From the NCBI GenBank assembly GCA_013153965.1, contig JAADDJ010000014.1, positions 1-55,805 on the forward strand: a DNA stretch of 55,805 nt, read 5' to 3'. The translations under genes were made by a program, and so were the position numbers. How positions within the stretch are numbered: the stretch's first letter is position 1; each line of letters begins with the position of its first letter. Below the pieces are notes generated by a model. The model was not told where the DNA came from, did not search any database, and saw only the letters and a program-made list of their open reading frames with translations. The DNA is from Thermotogota bacterium. GTDB lineage: Bacteria; Hydrothermota; Hydrothermia; LBFQ01. Of the stretch, positions 40,508 to 49,137 are shown in pieces.

Positions 40508-42220
40508 GAAGTCGTCCATGAGGGACGAGTACTGGGGACAGGAGACGGCCAAACTCTCGTGGGAGCCGTCGCAGACCACCTCTCCCCCCTCTATCACCAC
40601 CACCCGCTTCCCCCAAAGGGCCGTACTCCTCTTGTGGGCCGCCACCACCAGAGTTATATCGGGGAACGACTCAAGTAGATCCTTCAGGGCAGCCTCGCTG
40701 CGGGAGTCAAGGGCGCTCGTAGGCTCATCCATGAGCAGGAGGGAGGGCCTTCGGGCTAAGACCCGCAGGATGCCTATCCTCTGCTTCTCCCCTCCTGACA
40801 GGGCATCCTTGAGATTCACTATCGGCTCATCCATCCTGCCCGCCAGATGGTCCAGATGGAGTCTGTCCAGCCATTCCCAAGGGGTGCCGAATAGATTCTC
40901 CCTGAGCGTCCCATCAAAGATGTAGGTCTCCTGCGGCACGTACCCCACCACGTTCCGCCACCTGGTGAGATCATACTCGTAGAGGGATACGCCGTCAAGG
41001 AGGACCTCGCCTCGGCTCGGCCGTACGAAACCCGCCAGAAGGTCAAGTAGGGTACTCTTGCCCGCCCCGGACCTACCGATGACCGCCACCCGCTCACCCC
41101 TGAGTATGCGAAGGTGGGGAACGCGCAGGATCACCTTGTCCCCCACCGACACCTCAACGTCCCTCAACTCCAGAGTCCTCCAATTCGTGGGATCCCGGTC
41201 CCCCCAACGCTCCTGCGGGAGCTCCATCAGGTACCTCAGCCTCTCGTACGACGAGCGTGCGGTGTTAATGTATGCCAGACTCTGGAAGATCAGCTTCAGG
41301 GGGCGTATCATGGAGAGGGAGGCCGCGAGGAATACGATGAAGGCGTCCGGTTGGACCAGACGGGCCTTGAAGATGAAGTATCCGGCCAGAAACAGGATTA
41401 GGGCAGCACTCAAGCCGACCAGAGTCTCGGAGAATATGGGGGCGAGAGCCGCCGAGAACTCCAACTTGACGAACTGCACGTAGAGACGATGGGAATGCTC
41501 AAGGAATCTCCTTATCGCCGTATTCACGGCGTTTAGGGACTTTATGACCTTCACCCCCTCCAAGCTCTTTGACAGGTACGCGGAGAGGTCCCCGAGGGAT
41601 CTAAGGGCCTTGTTGGCCCTCCGCTTCACCACCCTTGAGACCGCCCACCCGAGGAGCGAGGCCACGACCAGTATTCCCCACGCGAAGGCGCTCAACACGG
41701 GGGCGGACGTCAGGGCCAGAGTGGCGAAGACGGCCAAGTTGAATCCCTCGCCCAGCAGGGCCCCTATCCCATCCCTTACGGCCAGCTTTATGTACTGTAT
41801 CTCCCCCGTCAGCCGGGAGACCAGATCCCCCACCCTCATATCCCTCAAGGAGGAGATGCTGGCCCGCATCACCGACGCGAAGACCCTCTCCCGCAGGTCC
41901 CGGGCGACGCTCTCCATAAGGGCCAGTATGCTGAACTTCTTGACCGAATTGACGACCATCTTGGCCAGAAATATGCCCGCGACGAAGAAGGAGAGGTTGC
42001 GTAGAGCCTCGTACTTATCCTGAAGGAGGATGTAGCCCTCAAGGAATCTCTCAATGGGCTTGAGGGCCGGCACCAGAGTGGCCTCCGCCGTGCTCCCGAC
42101 GAGGACCCGAAGGATTATGGGCAGAATAGAGAGCGACAGCCCCTCCACCCCGGCGTAGAGGAGGCTGAAGAGAGCGTAGAGGGTCAGCAGGAGGACGTAG
42201 CGTCTCAGGCTCTGGCGCAT
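40502..42220 (-). CDS. ABC exporter, MsbA-like (TMD+NBD)
   Basis: GRSGAGKST, LSGGEKQR, MDEPTSALD. Start moved to ATG 42220. Confidence 0.9.
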   Translation of the reverse strand: MRQSLRRYVLLLTLYALFSLLYAGVEGLSLSILPIILRVLVGSTAEATLVPALKPIERFLEGYILLQDKYEALRNLSFFVAGIFLAKMVVNSVKKFSILALMESVARDLRERVFASVMRASISSLRDMRVGDLVSRLTGEIQYIKLAVRDGIGALLGEGFNLAVFATLALTSAPVLSAFAWGILVVASLLGWAVSRVVKRRANKALRSLGDLSAYLSKSLEGVKVIKSLNAVNTAIRRFLEHSHRLYVQFVKLEFSAALAPIFSETLVGLSAALILFLAGYFIFKARLVQPDAFIVFLAASLSMIRPLKLIFQSLAYINTARSSYERLRYLMELPQERWGDRDPTNWRTLELRDVEVSVGDKVILRVPHLRILRGERVAVIGRSGAGKSTLLDLLAGFVRPSRGEVLLDGVSLYEYDLTRWRNVVGYVPQETYIFDGTLRENLFGTPWEWLDRLHLDHLAGRMDEPIVNLKDALSGGEKQRIGILRVLARRPSLLLMDEPTSALDSRSEAALKDLLESFPDITLVVAAHKRSTALWGKRVVVIEGGEVVCDGSHESLAVSCPQYSSLMDDFS

Positions 42221-42873
42221 ATCAACTCGGCGGCCAAACTCACAGCGCGCGCCACATCCCGAATCGGATCTATGAAGGATTTGGACGAGGGAACGACCGT
42301 TATGGGGACGAAGGCCACCCTGAATCCCATCCACAGGGCCTTCACCAGAAGCTCCGACTCCATATCGTAGCGGCTCCGCCTCAACCTCACCGCCCGCAGA
42401 ACGTGGGTACCTATCAGACGGAAACCCGACTGGCTGTCCTCAACCCTGCGTCCCACCATGACGGATATGAAGGTGGATGTGATGCGGTTGGATAGCCTCC
42501 GATGGAGGGGCATCCGCCCCATTTCGCTCCTCCTTGAGCCCACGACCATATCGTAGTGGGGAATCATCTTAAGGAAGGCGGGGTAGAACTCGGCCGGATG
42601 TTGGCCATCGGCGTCCGCCGTGAGGACGTAGTCGTACCCCCTGCGGAGGATCTCGGCGAATCCCGTACGAAGGGCCGCCCCCTTTCCCCTGTTCCTCTCG
42701 TGCTTGAGGAGGTTGAAGCCGAAGCGCTCCCTCAACCCTTCCAACCCTCCCGCGCTTGAGCCGTCATCCACCACGAAGATATCCCCACCGCCAAAAAATC
42801 TTAGGTAGTCGCGCAGAACCCCCTCTATCTCGGGAACGCAGTTATAGCACGGCAGCAGAAGGGCGACCCTTAA
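42205..42873 (-). CDS. Glycosyltransferase family 2 (Dol-P-Man synthase-like)
   Basis: RVALLLPCYN, VVDDGS, NRGKGAA, DADGQH, DSQSGFR. Homologous sequence extends 33 codons upstream of the track start. Confidence 0.88.
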   Translation of the reverse strand, partial: LRVALLLPCYNCVPEIEGVLRDYLRFFGGGDIFVVDDGSSAGGLEGLRERFGFNLLKHERNRGKGAALRTGFAEILRRGYDYVLTADADGQHPAEFYPAFLKMIPHYDMVVGSRRSEMGRMPLHRRLSNRITSTFISVMVGRRVEDSQSGFRLIGTHVLRAVRLRRSRYDMESELLVKALWMGFRVAFVPITVVPSSKSFIDPIRDVARAVSLAAELICARA

Positions 42874-43295
42874 GTCCTTTTGGATATCTCCTCCCAGGTG
42901 GTTAGGGTGTGGTAGTATATGTGGTCCCCGTCATGGACCCCTCGGGTGATCTCGGTTATATGAACGTGCTGGGCCTTAAACATCCTAACGGCGTAATCAA
43001 CGGCCTTCTCCGGCAGGGCGTTCTCACCGCAGGTGTATATGTCTATGGCGGCGTATCCCACCTCCGGCCACGTGTGTATGGAGATGTGGGACTCGGCTAT
43101 GACTATGACGCCGCTGACGCCGTTGGGATGGAACCTGTGGAAGGAGACCGACCATATCTGAACGTTGGCCTCCTTCGCGGCCTCTACGAGGATGTCCTGC
43201 ACCTTCTCCACGTTCCCTAAGATCTCGGGGTCGCACCCCGAAGCCTCCACGATGTAGTGCTCCCCGATGGTCGTGTGCTTCAGTTCCTTCTCCAA
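42870..43295 (-). CDS. speD: S-adenosylmethionine decarboxylase proenzyme
   Basis: GVSGVIVIAESHISIHTWPE, DIYTCG. TTG start after AAGGAGGT. The family also includes arginine decarboxylases. Confidence 0.88.
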   Translation of the reverse strand: MEKELKHTTIGEHYIVEASGCDPEILGNVEKVQDILVEAAKEANVQIWSVSFHRFHPNGVSGVIVIAESHISIHTWPEVGYAAIDIYTCGENALPEKAVDYAVRMFKAQHVHITEITRGVHDGDHIYYHTLTTWEEISKRT

Positions 43296-43383
43296 TTCTC
43301 TACCTCCTTTTGTTTTCCCCACCCGCAGAGCGAGTAAGGTACCATCGGGGCGGCCCCCCGGTCGCCCCTCCGGATAAAAAAAG

Positions 43384-43467
43384 TGCCGGGGGCGGGACTT
43401 GAACCCGCACGGGCCGAAGCCCACATGGCCCTCAACCATGCGCGTCTGCCAATTCCGCCACCCCGGC
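43384..43467 (-). tRNA. tRNA-Leu(GAG)
   Basis: GCCGGGG acceptor, GGCGGAATTGGCAGACGC, CATGG-TTGAGGG-CCATG, long variable arm, GGTTCAAGTCC. CCA not encoded. Confidence 0.93.
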
Positions 43468-43503
43468 GGCGCGAAGAAGATATTTTAAGGCTGAAACCTC
43501 CCC

Positions 43504-44103
43504 TCATATGCCCACCAGAGAGTACATCAGGATGTTTATGCCCATCCTGACGGCCTCCTCCCGAATCTCGGGCGGGTCCCCGTAGCGGTCGGTCCAGCCG
43601 TCCGACACGTTTGAGTTCCAAGTGTAGAAGAGGACGAGCCTACCCTTCACGAATATGCCGTAGGCCTTCGGGGGACCGGGATAATGCTCATGCACCTTCG
43701 GAAGCCTCACGTCGTAGAAGATGTGAAATATCGGATGCTCGGGGGGAATCTCCACCAGATCGTAGTCGGGAAAGACCTTCCTTATCTCCCGACGGAAATG
43801 CTCGTCAAGGCCGTAGTCGTCATCTACGTACAGGAAACCCCCGTTCATGAGGTAGCGGCGGAGATTCTCGGCGTCGGCCTTGGAGAAATGTACGTTCCCG
43901 TGTCCCGTCATGAAGAGCATCGGGTACTCATAGACCTCACTTGAGGAGGGACGGACGACGTAGGGGAGCGTGTCAAACACGGGCGACACCCTGCTGTTGA
44001 AGGCCTTGGTTATGTTGGGAAGTATCTCGGGGTCGTTATACCAGTCCCCGCCCCCCTCGTACTGTAGACGGGCCACCTTCAGAAGCGAGAGGAGCAGGAG
44101 CAT
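43504..44103 (-). CDS. DUF4159 domain protein
   Basis: ARLQYEGGGDWY, YPMLFMTGHG, LRRYLMNGGFLYVDD, MGINIL. Confidence 0.85.
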   Translation of the reverse strand: MLLLLSLLKVARLQYEGGGDWYNDPEILPNITKAFNSRVSPVFDTLPYVVRPSSSEVYEYPMLFMTGHGNVHFSKADAENLRRYLMNGGFLYVDDDYGLDEHFRREIRKVFPDYDLVEIPPEHPIFHIFYDVRLPKVHEHYPGPPKAYGIFVKGRLVLFYTWNSNVSDGWTDRYGDPPEIREEAVRMGINILMYSLVGI

Positions 44104-45198
44104 CTACCCCACCCTCTCAACGAAGGTCCGGAAGATCCGGTAGAGCTTCTCCAGCGAGGGGATGCTCACCCACTCGTTGCTCCCGTGTATGTCTCCACCC
44201 TCGGGGTATATCATCATCACGGGGATGCCCTTCTTGGCGAAGAATCGTCCATCCGTGGCCCCGTGGGTCTTGCCGAATCTCACCTCGCCGAGGACCTCCC
44301 GTACGCTCTCTATGAAGGCCTTTGAGATGGGATGCTCAAGGTCAGTTGAGAAGGGCTCACCGTCCGAGAGGAACTCCACCTTCGCCCCGTACTTCTTCGC
44401 CAGATATCTGACCACGCTCTTCGCCTCCTCCAACGTGTAGGGGGGCACGAAGCGGAAATCCAACTCTATACGAGCGTTGGGCGGCACCTGATTGACCTTG
44501 TTCCCCCCGACGAACCTGCCCAACGTCAGGGTGTTGTGCCAATGCTCGGGATCGTCGGAGTCGTACAGGAGCGATGCCCTCGCCTCCCCGTAGAAGGCTA
44601 TCGCCTTCTCTATGGCGCTCTCACCGAGCCAAGGCATGGAGCCGTGGGCGGGCTTTCCGGAGAATTCAACGGCGAAGTGCAAGGCCCCCTTCTCGTCGGT
44701 TATGATGTGGAAGTTCTCGCCCGAATCGGGGATGACGGCGAAGTCCGAGGAGTACCCCTCCTCCTCCAGCAGGTACCTCACGCCGTTCTGGCTACCTATC
44801 TCCTCGTCCGTCGTCAGCATAAGGGCTATGTCGTACTCGCTACCCTCCTCGGCGAGATCCTTGAAGAGCTTCATCATCACGGCGCAGGGGCCCTTCATAT
44901 CCAAGGCTCCCCTGCCGTATATCTTGCCGTCCTCCTCCCGCGCGATGAACTGCTCCATGTCCGCCGGCACCACGTCCAGATGACCGGCGAATATCACCTT
45001 GAAGTGCCTGTCCCTGTTGCTCTTTTTGAAGCTGGCCACGAGGGAAGGTTTCTCGTTGCGGAGGAATCGGTCTATACGGAGGTTGGGATGCTCCAGATAC
45101 TTCTCGGCGTAGTTTATGATGGCTATGAGCTGGTCCGTCCGCTCGGCTACGCTCTCAAACTGGATAAGCGTCTTCAGAAGGCTCCTAAGGGAATCCAT
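44104..45198 (-). CDS. M20 family metallopeptidase (DapE/ArgE-like)
   Basis: GHLDVVP, GRGALDMKG, DEEIG, TDGRF, HGSNE. Confidence 0.9.
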   Translation of the reverse strand: MDSLRSLLKTLIQFESVAERTDQLIAIINYAEKYLEHPNLRIDRFLRNEKPSLVASFKKSNRDRHFKVIFAGHLDVVPADMEQFIAREEDGKIYGRGALDMKGPCAVMMKLFKDLAEEGSEYDIALMLTTDEEIGSQNGVRYLLEEEGYSSDFAVIPDSGENFHIITDEKGALHFAVEFSGKPAHGSMPWLGESAIEKAIAFYGEARASLLYDSDDPEHWHNTLTLGRFVGGNKVNQVPPNARIELDFRFVPPYTLEEAKSVVRYLAKKYGAKVEFLSDGEPFSTDLEHPISKAFIESVREVLGEVRFGKTHGATDGRFFAKKGIPVMMIYPEGGDIHGSNEWVSIPSLEKLYRIFRTFVERVG

Positions 45199-45265
45199 GG
45201 GTAATGTATTCTATGGTCGTACCTTGCGGTGAAAAGGCGGCGAATCACCAGTATAATACCCGCTT

Positions 45266-45382
45266 ATGAAAGTCCAGTCGTCGGTAAAGAAGAGGTGTGC
45301 GTACTGCAAGATAGTACGACGGAAGGGGCGCGTTTATGTAATCTGCAGCAAGAACCCGAAGCACAAGCAGAGACAGGGTTAA
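45266..45382 (+). CDS. rpmJ: 50S ribosomal protein L36 (zinc-binding form)
   Basis: Manual translation [38 protein letters not shown]. Not in ORF track. Confidence 0.97.
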   Translation: MKVQSSVKKRCAYCKIVRRKGRVYVICSKNPKHKQRQG

Positions 45383-45397
45383 AAGAAAGGAGGGAAA

Positions 45398-45781
45398 ATG
45401 GCCAGAATAGCCGGAGTTGACATTCCGCGAGATAAACCCGTGTGGGTGGCGCTCGGATACATATACGGTATAGGTCCGAGCTTGGCCATGAAGATATTGG
45501 CCAGCACGGGGATAGATCCCTTCAAGAGGGCCAGAGAGCTCACGGACGACGAGGTCACTCGTCTCCGTGCGGAGATGGAGAAGTACAAGGTTGAGGGAAC
45601 GCTGAGAGCCGAGGTGCAGCGCAACATCAAGCGTCTGATAGACATCGGCTCCTACCGGGGCATGCGCCACAAGCTGGGGCTACCCGTGAGGGGACAGAGG
45701 ACCCGCCACAACGCCCGCACGCGTAAAGGTCCCAGGGGCAACATCTTCGCCCGCCTCAAGAAGAAGAAGCAGGGAGGCTAA
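45398..45781 (+). CDS. rpsM: 30S ribosomal protein S13
   Basis: [23 protein letters not shown]. Confidence 0.98.
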   Translation: MARIAGVDIPRDKPVWVALGYIYGIGPSLAMKILASTGIDPFKRARELTDDEVTRLRAEMEKYKVEGTLRAEVQRNIKRLIDIGSYRGMRHKLGLPVRGQRTRHNARTRKGPRGNIFARLKKKKQGG

Positions 45782-45783
45782 GG

Positions 45784-46170
45784 ATGGCCAGAAGACGCAC
45801 CACCAAGAAGAAGAGCAAGAAGGCGCCCGCGGAGGGCATCGTGTATATCCAATCCACCTTCAACAACACCATCGTCACCATCACCGACCTTCAGGGCAAC
45901 ACCATAACGTGGGCTTCCGGTGGGACCGTGGGTTTCTCGGGCACCCGTAAGAGTACTCCCTTCGCCGCGTCCAAGGCCGCCGAGGAGGCTGCGAGGGAGG
46001 TGAAGAAGATGGGTATGGAGCGGGTTGAGATACGCGTCAAGGGAGCCGGTCCCGGAAGGGAGGCGGCCATAAGGTCCATAGCCGCGGCGGGTTTGGACGT
46101 TATAGCGATCGTGGATATCACTCCCATTCCGCACAACGGGGTAAGGCCACCTAAGAAGAGGTCTGTGTGA
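45784..46170 (+). CDS. rpsK: 30S ribosomal protein S11
   Basis: [24 protein letters not shown]. Confidence 0.98.
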   Translation: MARRRTTKKKSKKAPAEGIVYIQSTFNNTIVTITDLQGNTITWASGGTVGFSGTRKSTPFAASKAAEEAAREVKKMGMERVEIRVKGAGPGREAAIRSIAAAGLDVIAIVDITPIPHNGVRPPKKRSV

Positions 46171-46171
46171 T

Positions 46172-46798
46172 ATGGCGAGATACACCGGTCCGGTATGCAG
46201 GCTCTGCAGGAGAAGCGGCGAGAAGCTTTACCTCAAGGGGGAGAAGTGCTTCACCAGCAAATGCCCCTTTGAGAGGAGACCCTACCCTCCCGGACAGCAC
46301 GGCCTGACCCGCAAGTCCTCCAAGATGTCCATCTACGGCCAGCAGCTGCGCGAGAAGCAGAAGGTCAAGTGGATGTACGGGATGCTTGAGTCCCAGTTCA
46401 AACGTTTCTTCCGCATAGCAGCCGACATGCCCGGCGACACGGGGGAGAACTTCCTCTCGCTCTTGGAGCGCCGCCTTGACAACGTCGTATATAGGGCGGG
46501 CTTCGCCAAGAGCCGTCGTCAGGCCCGCCAGATAGTGCGCCACGGGCACGTGAAGGTGAATGGCCACAAGGTGGATATACCCTCCTACATCGTGAAGGTG
46601 GGGGACGTGATAGAGATAGCCGAGCACTTCAAGAACAACCGTGAGATTCAGGAGGCCGTGGCCCTAAAGCGCACCCCTCCGACGTGGTTGGAGGTGGATA
46701 GCAACAACCTGACCGCCAAGGTATCCCGTCTGCCTCAGAGGGCCGACATCACCCATCCGATAAACGAGCGTCTGATAGTGGAGTTCTACTCCAGATAA
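46172..46798 (+). CDS. rpsD: 30S ribosomal protein S4
   Basis: [39 protein letters not shown]. Confidence 0.98.
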   Translation: MARYTGPVCRLCRRSGEKLYLKGEKCFTSKCPFERRPYPPGQHGLTRKSSKMSIYGQQLREKQKVKWMYGMLESQFKRFFRIAADMPGDTGENFLSLLERRLDNVVYRAGFAKSRRQARQIVRHGHVKVNGHKVDIPSYIVKVGDVIEIAEHFKNNREIQEAVALKRTPPTWLEVDSNNLTAKVSRLPQRADITHPINERLIVEFYSR

Positions 46799-46811
46799 GG
46801 AGGTGCTTTCC

Positions 46812-47915
46812 ATGGAGAAGAAGGATACGCAGGAGATGGAGCAGCAGAACGAGGGCAACAGGCTTAAGTACTACGGCGCCGGCTTGAACCGCATTCCCAT
46901 CCCCCTCGGCGTCTATTACGAGGAGGACGACACCTACGGCAAGTTTGAGATAGGGCCTCTGGCCAAGAGCTACGGCATAACCCTCGGCAACCTCATACGC
47001 CGCATAGCCCTCACATCCATATCGGGGGCGGCGATAGTCGCCGTGCGCTTCAAGGGGATAAAGCACGAGTTCGCCGGCATCCCCGGAATAGTTGAGGACG
47101 TACCCACCATCATCCTCAACCTGAAGAAGGTACGATTCAAGATAGCCCGTCCCTTCCAGAACATAATGGAGATAAAGCTCAAGTTCGTCGCCGAGGGCGA
47201 CGAGCCCTACGAGATAAAGGCCGGGGACCTTGAGACACCCCTCGGCATTGAGATAGTCAATAAGGATCAGCACATAGCCACGCTGGTATCAAAGGACGCC
47301 GAGCTGATAGGCGAGATACACATCGCCTACGGCCGCGGCTACATGGTGGGGGACGAGATATACGAGGACCTCAAGAGGACGCAAGCCAAGCTGGCCGAGA
47401 AGCCCGACGTCATATTCATAGATGCCGTCTTCACACCCGTGGTTAAGGCGAACTTCTATGTGGAGGACCTCCTCTACGACAGCCGCAAGTTTGACAAGGA
47501 GAAGCTGGTGGTTGAGATCTGGACGGACGGCTCCCGCAAACCCTCGGAGGCCTTCTTTGAGGCCGTGGATATAGCCGGCGAGATGCTGGCACCCCTCAAC
47601 AGCACCCTGAGCAAACCCATAGAGATTCAGAGGGTGATACACCCCGACGAGGATAAGGAGTTCAAGCGCCGCAAGCTGGCCACGCCCGTGGCGGCCATCC
47701 TCAAGAGCGAGCTGCCGAGCAAACTCGTGAGGGCGATAGAGAAGGCCGGGATCCGCACGTTCGGCGAGCTTCTGAAATACACGCCCGAGAACCTGCGCGA
47801 GGAGTACGGATTCTCGGAGGAGGACGTGGCCCTCATAGAGGAGGCCGTGAAGAGACTTGAATTTGAGATGGGTAGAGACTACTGGAAGGAACTGGAGGTG
47901 AAAGATGAGGCATAG
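46812..47915 (+). CDS. rpoA: RNA polymerase subunit alpha (divergent)
   Basis: YGITLGNLIRR, HEF..IPGIVEDV..IILNLK, IDAVFTPV, EIWTDGS. ATG 46812 follows AAGGAGGT. Position in alpha operon. Confidence 0.95.
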   Translation: MEKKDTQEMEQQNEGNRLKYYGAGLNRIPIPLGVYYEEDDTYGKFEIGPLAKSYGITLGNLIRRIALTSISGAAIVAVRFKGIKHEFAGIPGIVEDVPTIILNLKKVRFKIARPFQNIMEIKLKFVAEGDEPYEIKAGDLETPLGIEIVNKDQHIATLVSKDAELIGEIHIAYGRGYMVGDEIYEDLKRTQAKLAEKPDVIFIDAVFTPVVKANFYVEDLLYDSRKFDKEKLVVEIWTDGSRKPSEAFFEAVDIAGEMLAPLNSTLSKPIEIQRVIHPDEDKEFKRRKLATPVAAILKSELPSKLVRAIEKAGIRTFGELLKYTPENLREEYGFSEEDVALIEEAVKRLEFEMGRDYWKELEVKDEA

Positions 47916-48261
47916 GGACAAGCGAATGAAGCTCGGAAGGGAGAGGGAGCACCGCAAGGCCCTGCTTAGGAATCTGGCGCGGGAGATGATAGACCATTAC
48001 GCCATAGAGACCACAACCGTGAAGGCGAAGGCCGCCAAGTCCCTCCTTGAGCATCTCCTCCATCTGGCGAAGGAGGCTCGGGAGAATCCGGCCCTGAACG
48101 TGCATAACCGTCGCAAGGCCTTCCGGATATTGGCGCACCGCAGGTACGTGAATAGGCTCTTTGACGAGATCGCCCCGAAGGTCAAAGGCGTCCGTCTGGT
48201 AAGGGTGCGGATCAGGAGGGGGGACGCGGCGGAGATATCCCGCTTAGAGTTCATACTGTGA
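47905..48261 (+). CDS. rplQ: 50S ribosomal protein L17
   Basis: MRHR..KLGR..HRKALLRNL, IETT..KAK, RRGDAA. Confidence 0.96.
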   Translation: MRHRDKRMKLGREREHRKALLRNLAREMIDHYAIETTTVKAKAAKSLLEHLLHLAKEARENPALNVHNRRKAFRILAHRRYVNRLFDEIAPKVKGVRLVRVRIRRGDAAEISRLEFIL

Positions 48262-49127
48262 GGGTCCTCGTAGCCGACTTCGGAGGCTTGAGGGTAAAGT
48301 GGGGAATATTTGAGAGGGGGAAACTGGTACGGAGGGGGATCATAGATTCGGTGTCGGTGAGGGATCCGGAGAAGTTTCTGGGGTTTTTGAGGGGGCTGGA
48401 GTTTGATAGGTTCGTTCTGGGTTTCGCCGGTCTGGTGAAGGATGGGGTCGTGCTCCATGCCCCCAACCACCCCCGCTGGGAGGGGTACGACCTGAAGAGG
48501 ATCTTCGGCGAGTACGACGTGGTCGTTGAGAACGACGCCAACCTATTTACCCTCGGGGAGGCCATATACGGAGCCGGCAGGGGGAAGAAGTTCGTCCTCG
48601 GCATAACCTTGGGGACGGGCGTCGGCGGAGGGTTGGTCATAGACGGGCAGATAATCCGCGGGGCCGGAGGCCTCGGCATGGAGATAGGCCACATCACCAT
48701 AGGTATAGACGGCCCCCCCTGCAACTGCGGCTCCTACGGATGCGCCGAGGCGTATCTGGGGGGCATATACTTCGTGGAGAGGGCGGCGCGCCTCTTCGTG
48801 CGACACGGAAAATCGGCCCCCAAGAGCATGAGGCAGCTGGAGGAGTTCGCCCGCATGGGGGTGAGTCTGGCGAGGAACCTCTGGAGGGAGTACGGAAAAT
48901 ATCTGGGCGTTCTGGTGGCCTCCCTCATAAACGTCTTTGACCCGGAGATAATCGTCCTCGGTGGGGGTATAGCAGCAGCCTACGATCTCTTCAAGGATGA
49001 CATGTACGAGGAGATAAAGAGGAGGCGGGTAGCCTACGTTCTGGATACCCCCGTAGTTCCGTCCGAGCTCGGTACCGACGCGGCCCTATGGGGTGGGTAC
49101 CATCTGGTCGCCCCACGACCGCAGTAG
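48258..49127 (+). CDS. ROK family sugar kinase
   Basis: ENDAN, LGTGVGGG, EIGH..CNCGSYGCAE. Confidence 0.92.
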   Translation: MRVLVADFGGLRVKWGIFERGKLVRRGIIDSVSVRDPEKFLGFLRGLEFDRFVLGFAGLVKDGVVLHAPNHPRWEGYDLKRIFGEYDVVVENDANLFTLGEAIYGAGRGKKFVLGITLGTGVGGGLVIDGQIIRGAGGLGMEIGHITIGIDGPPCNCGSYGCAEAYLGGIYFVERAARLFVRHGKSAPKSMRQLEEFARMGVSLARNLWREYGKYLGVLVASLINVFDPEIIVLGGGIAAAYDLFKDDMYEEIKRRRVAYVLDTPVVPSELGTDAALWGGYHLVAPRPQ

Positions 49128-49137
49128 AATCGTATCC

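Noticed and set aside
43296-43383. GC hairpin upstream of speD as a SAM riboswitch
   Set aside because: Lacks SAM-I (AUC...GAU core) or SAM-II features that I can recognise. It may be a plain stem after tRNA-Leu, and an Rfam search would settle it.
43296-43439. N-terminal extension of SpeD in the ORF track
   Set aside because: Overlaps tRNA-Leu. A strong SD supports TTG at 43295.
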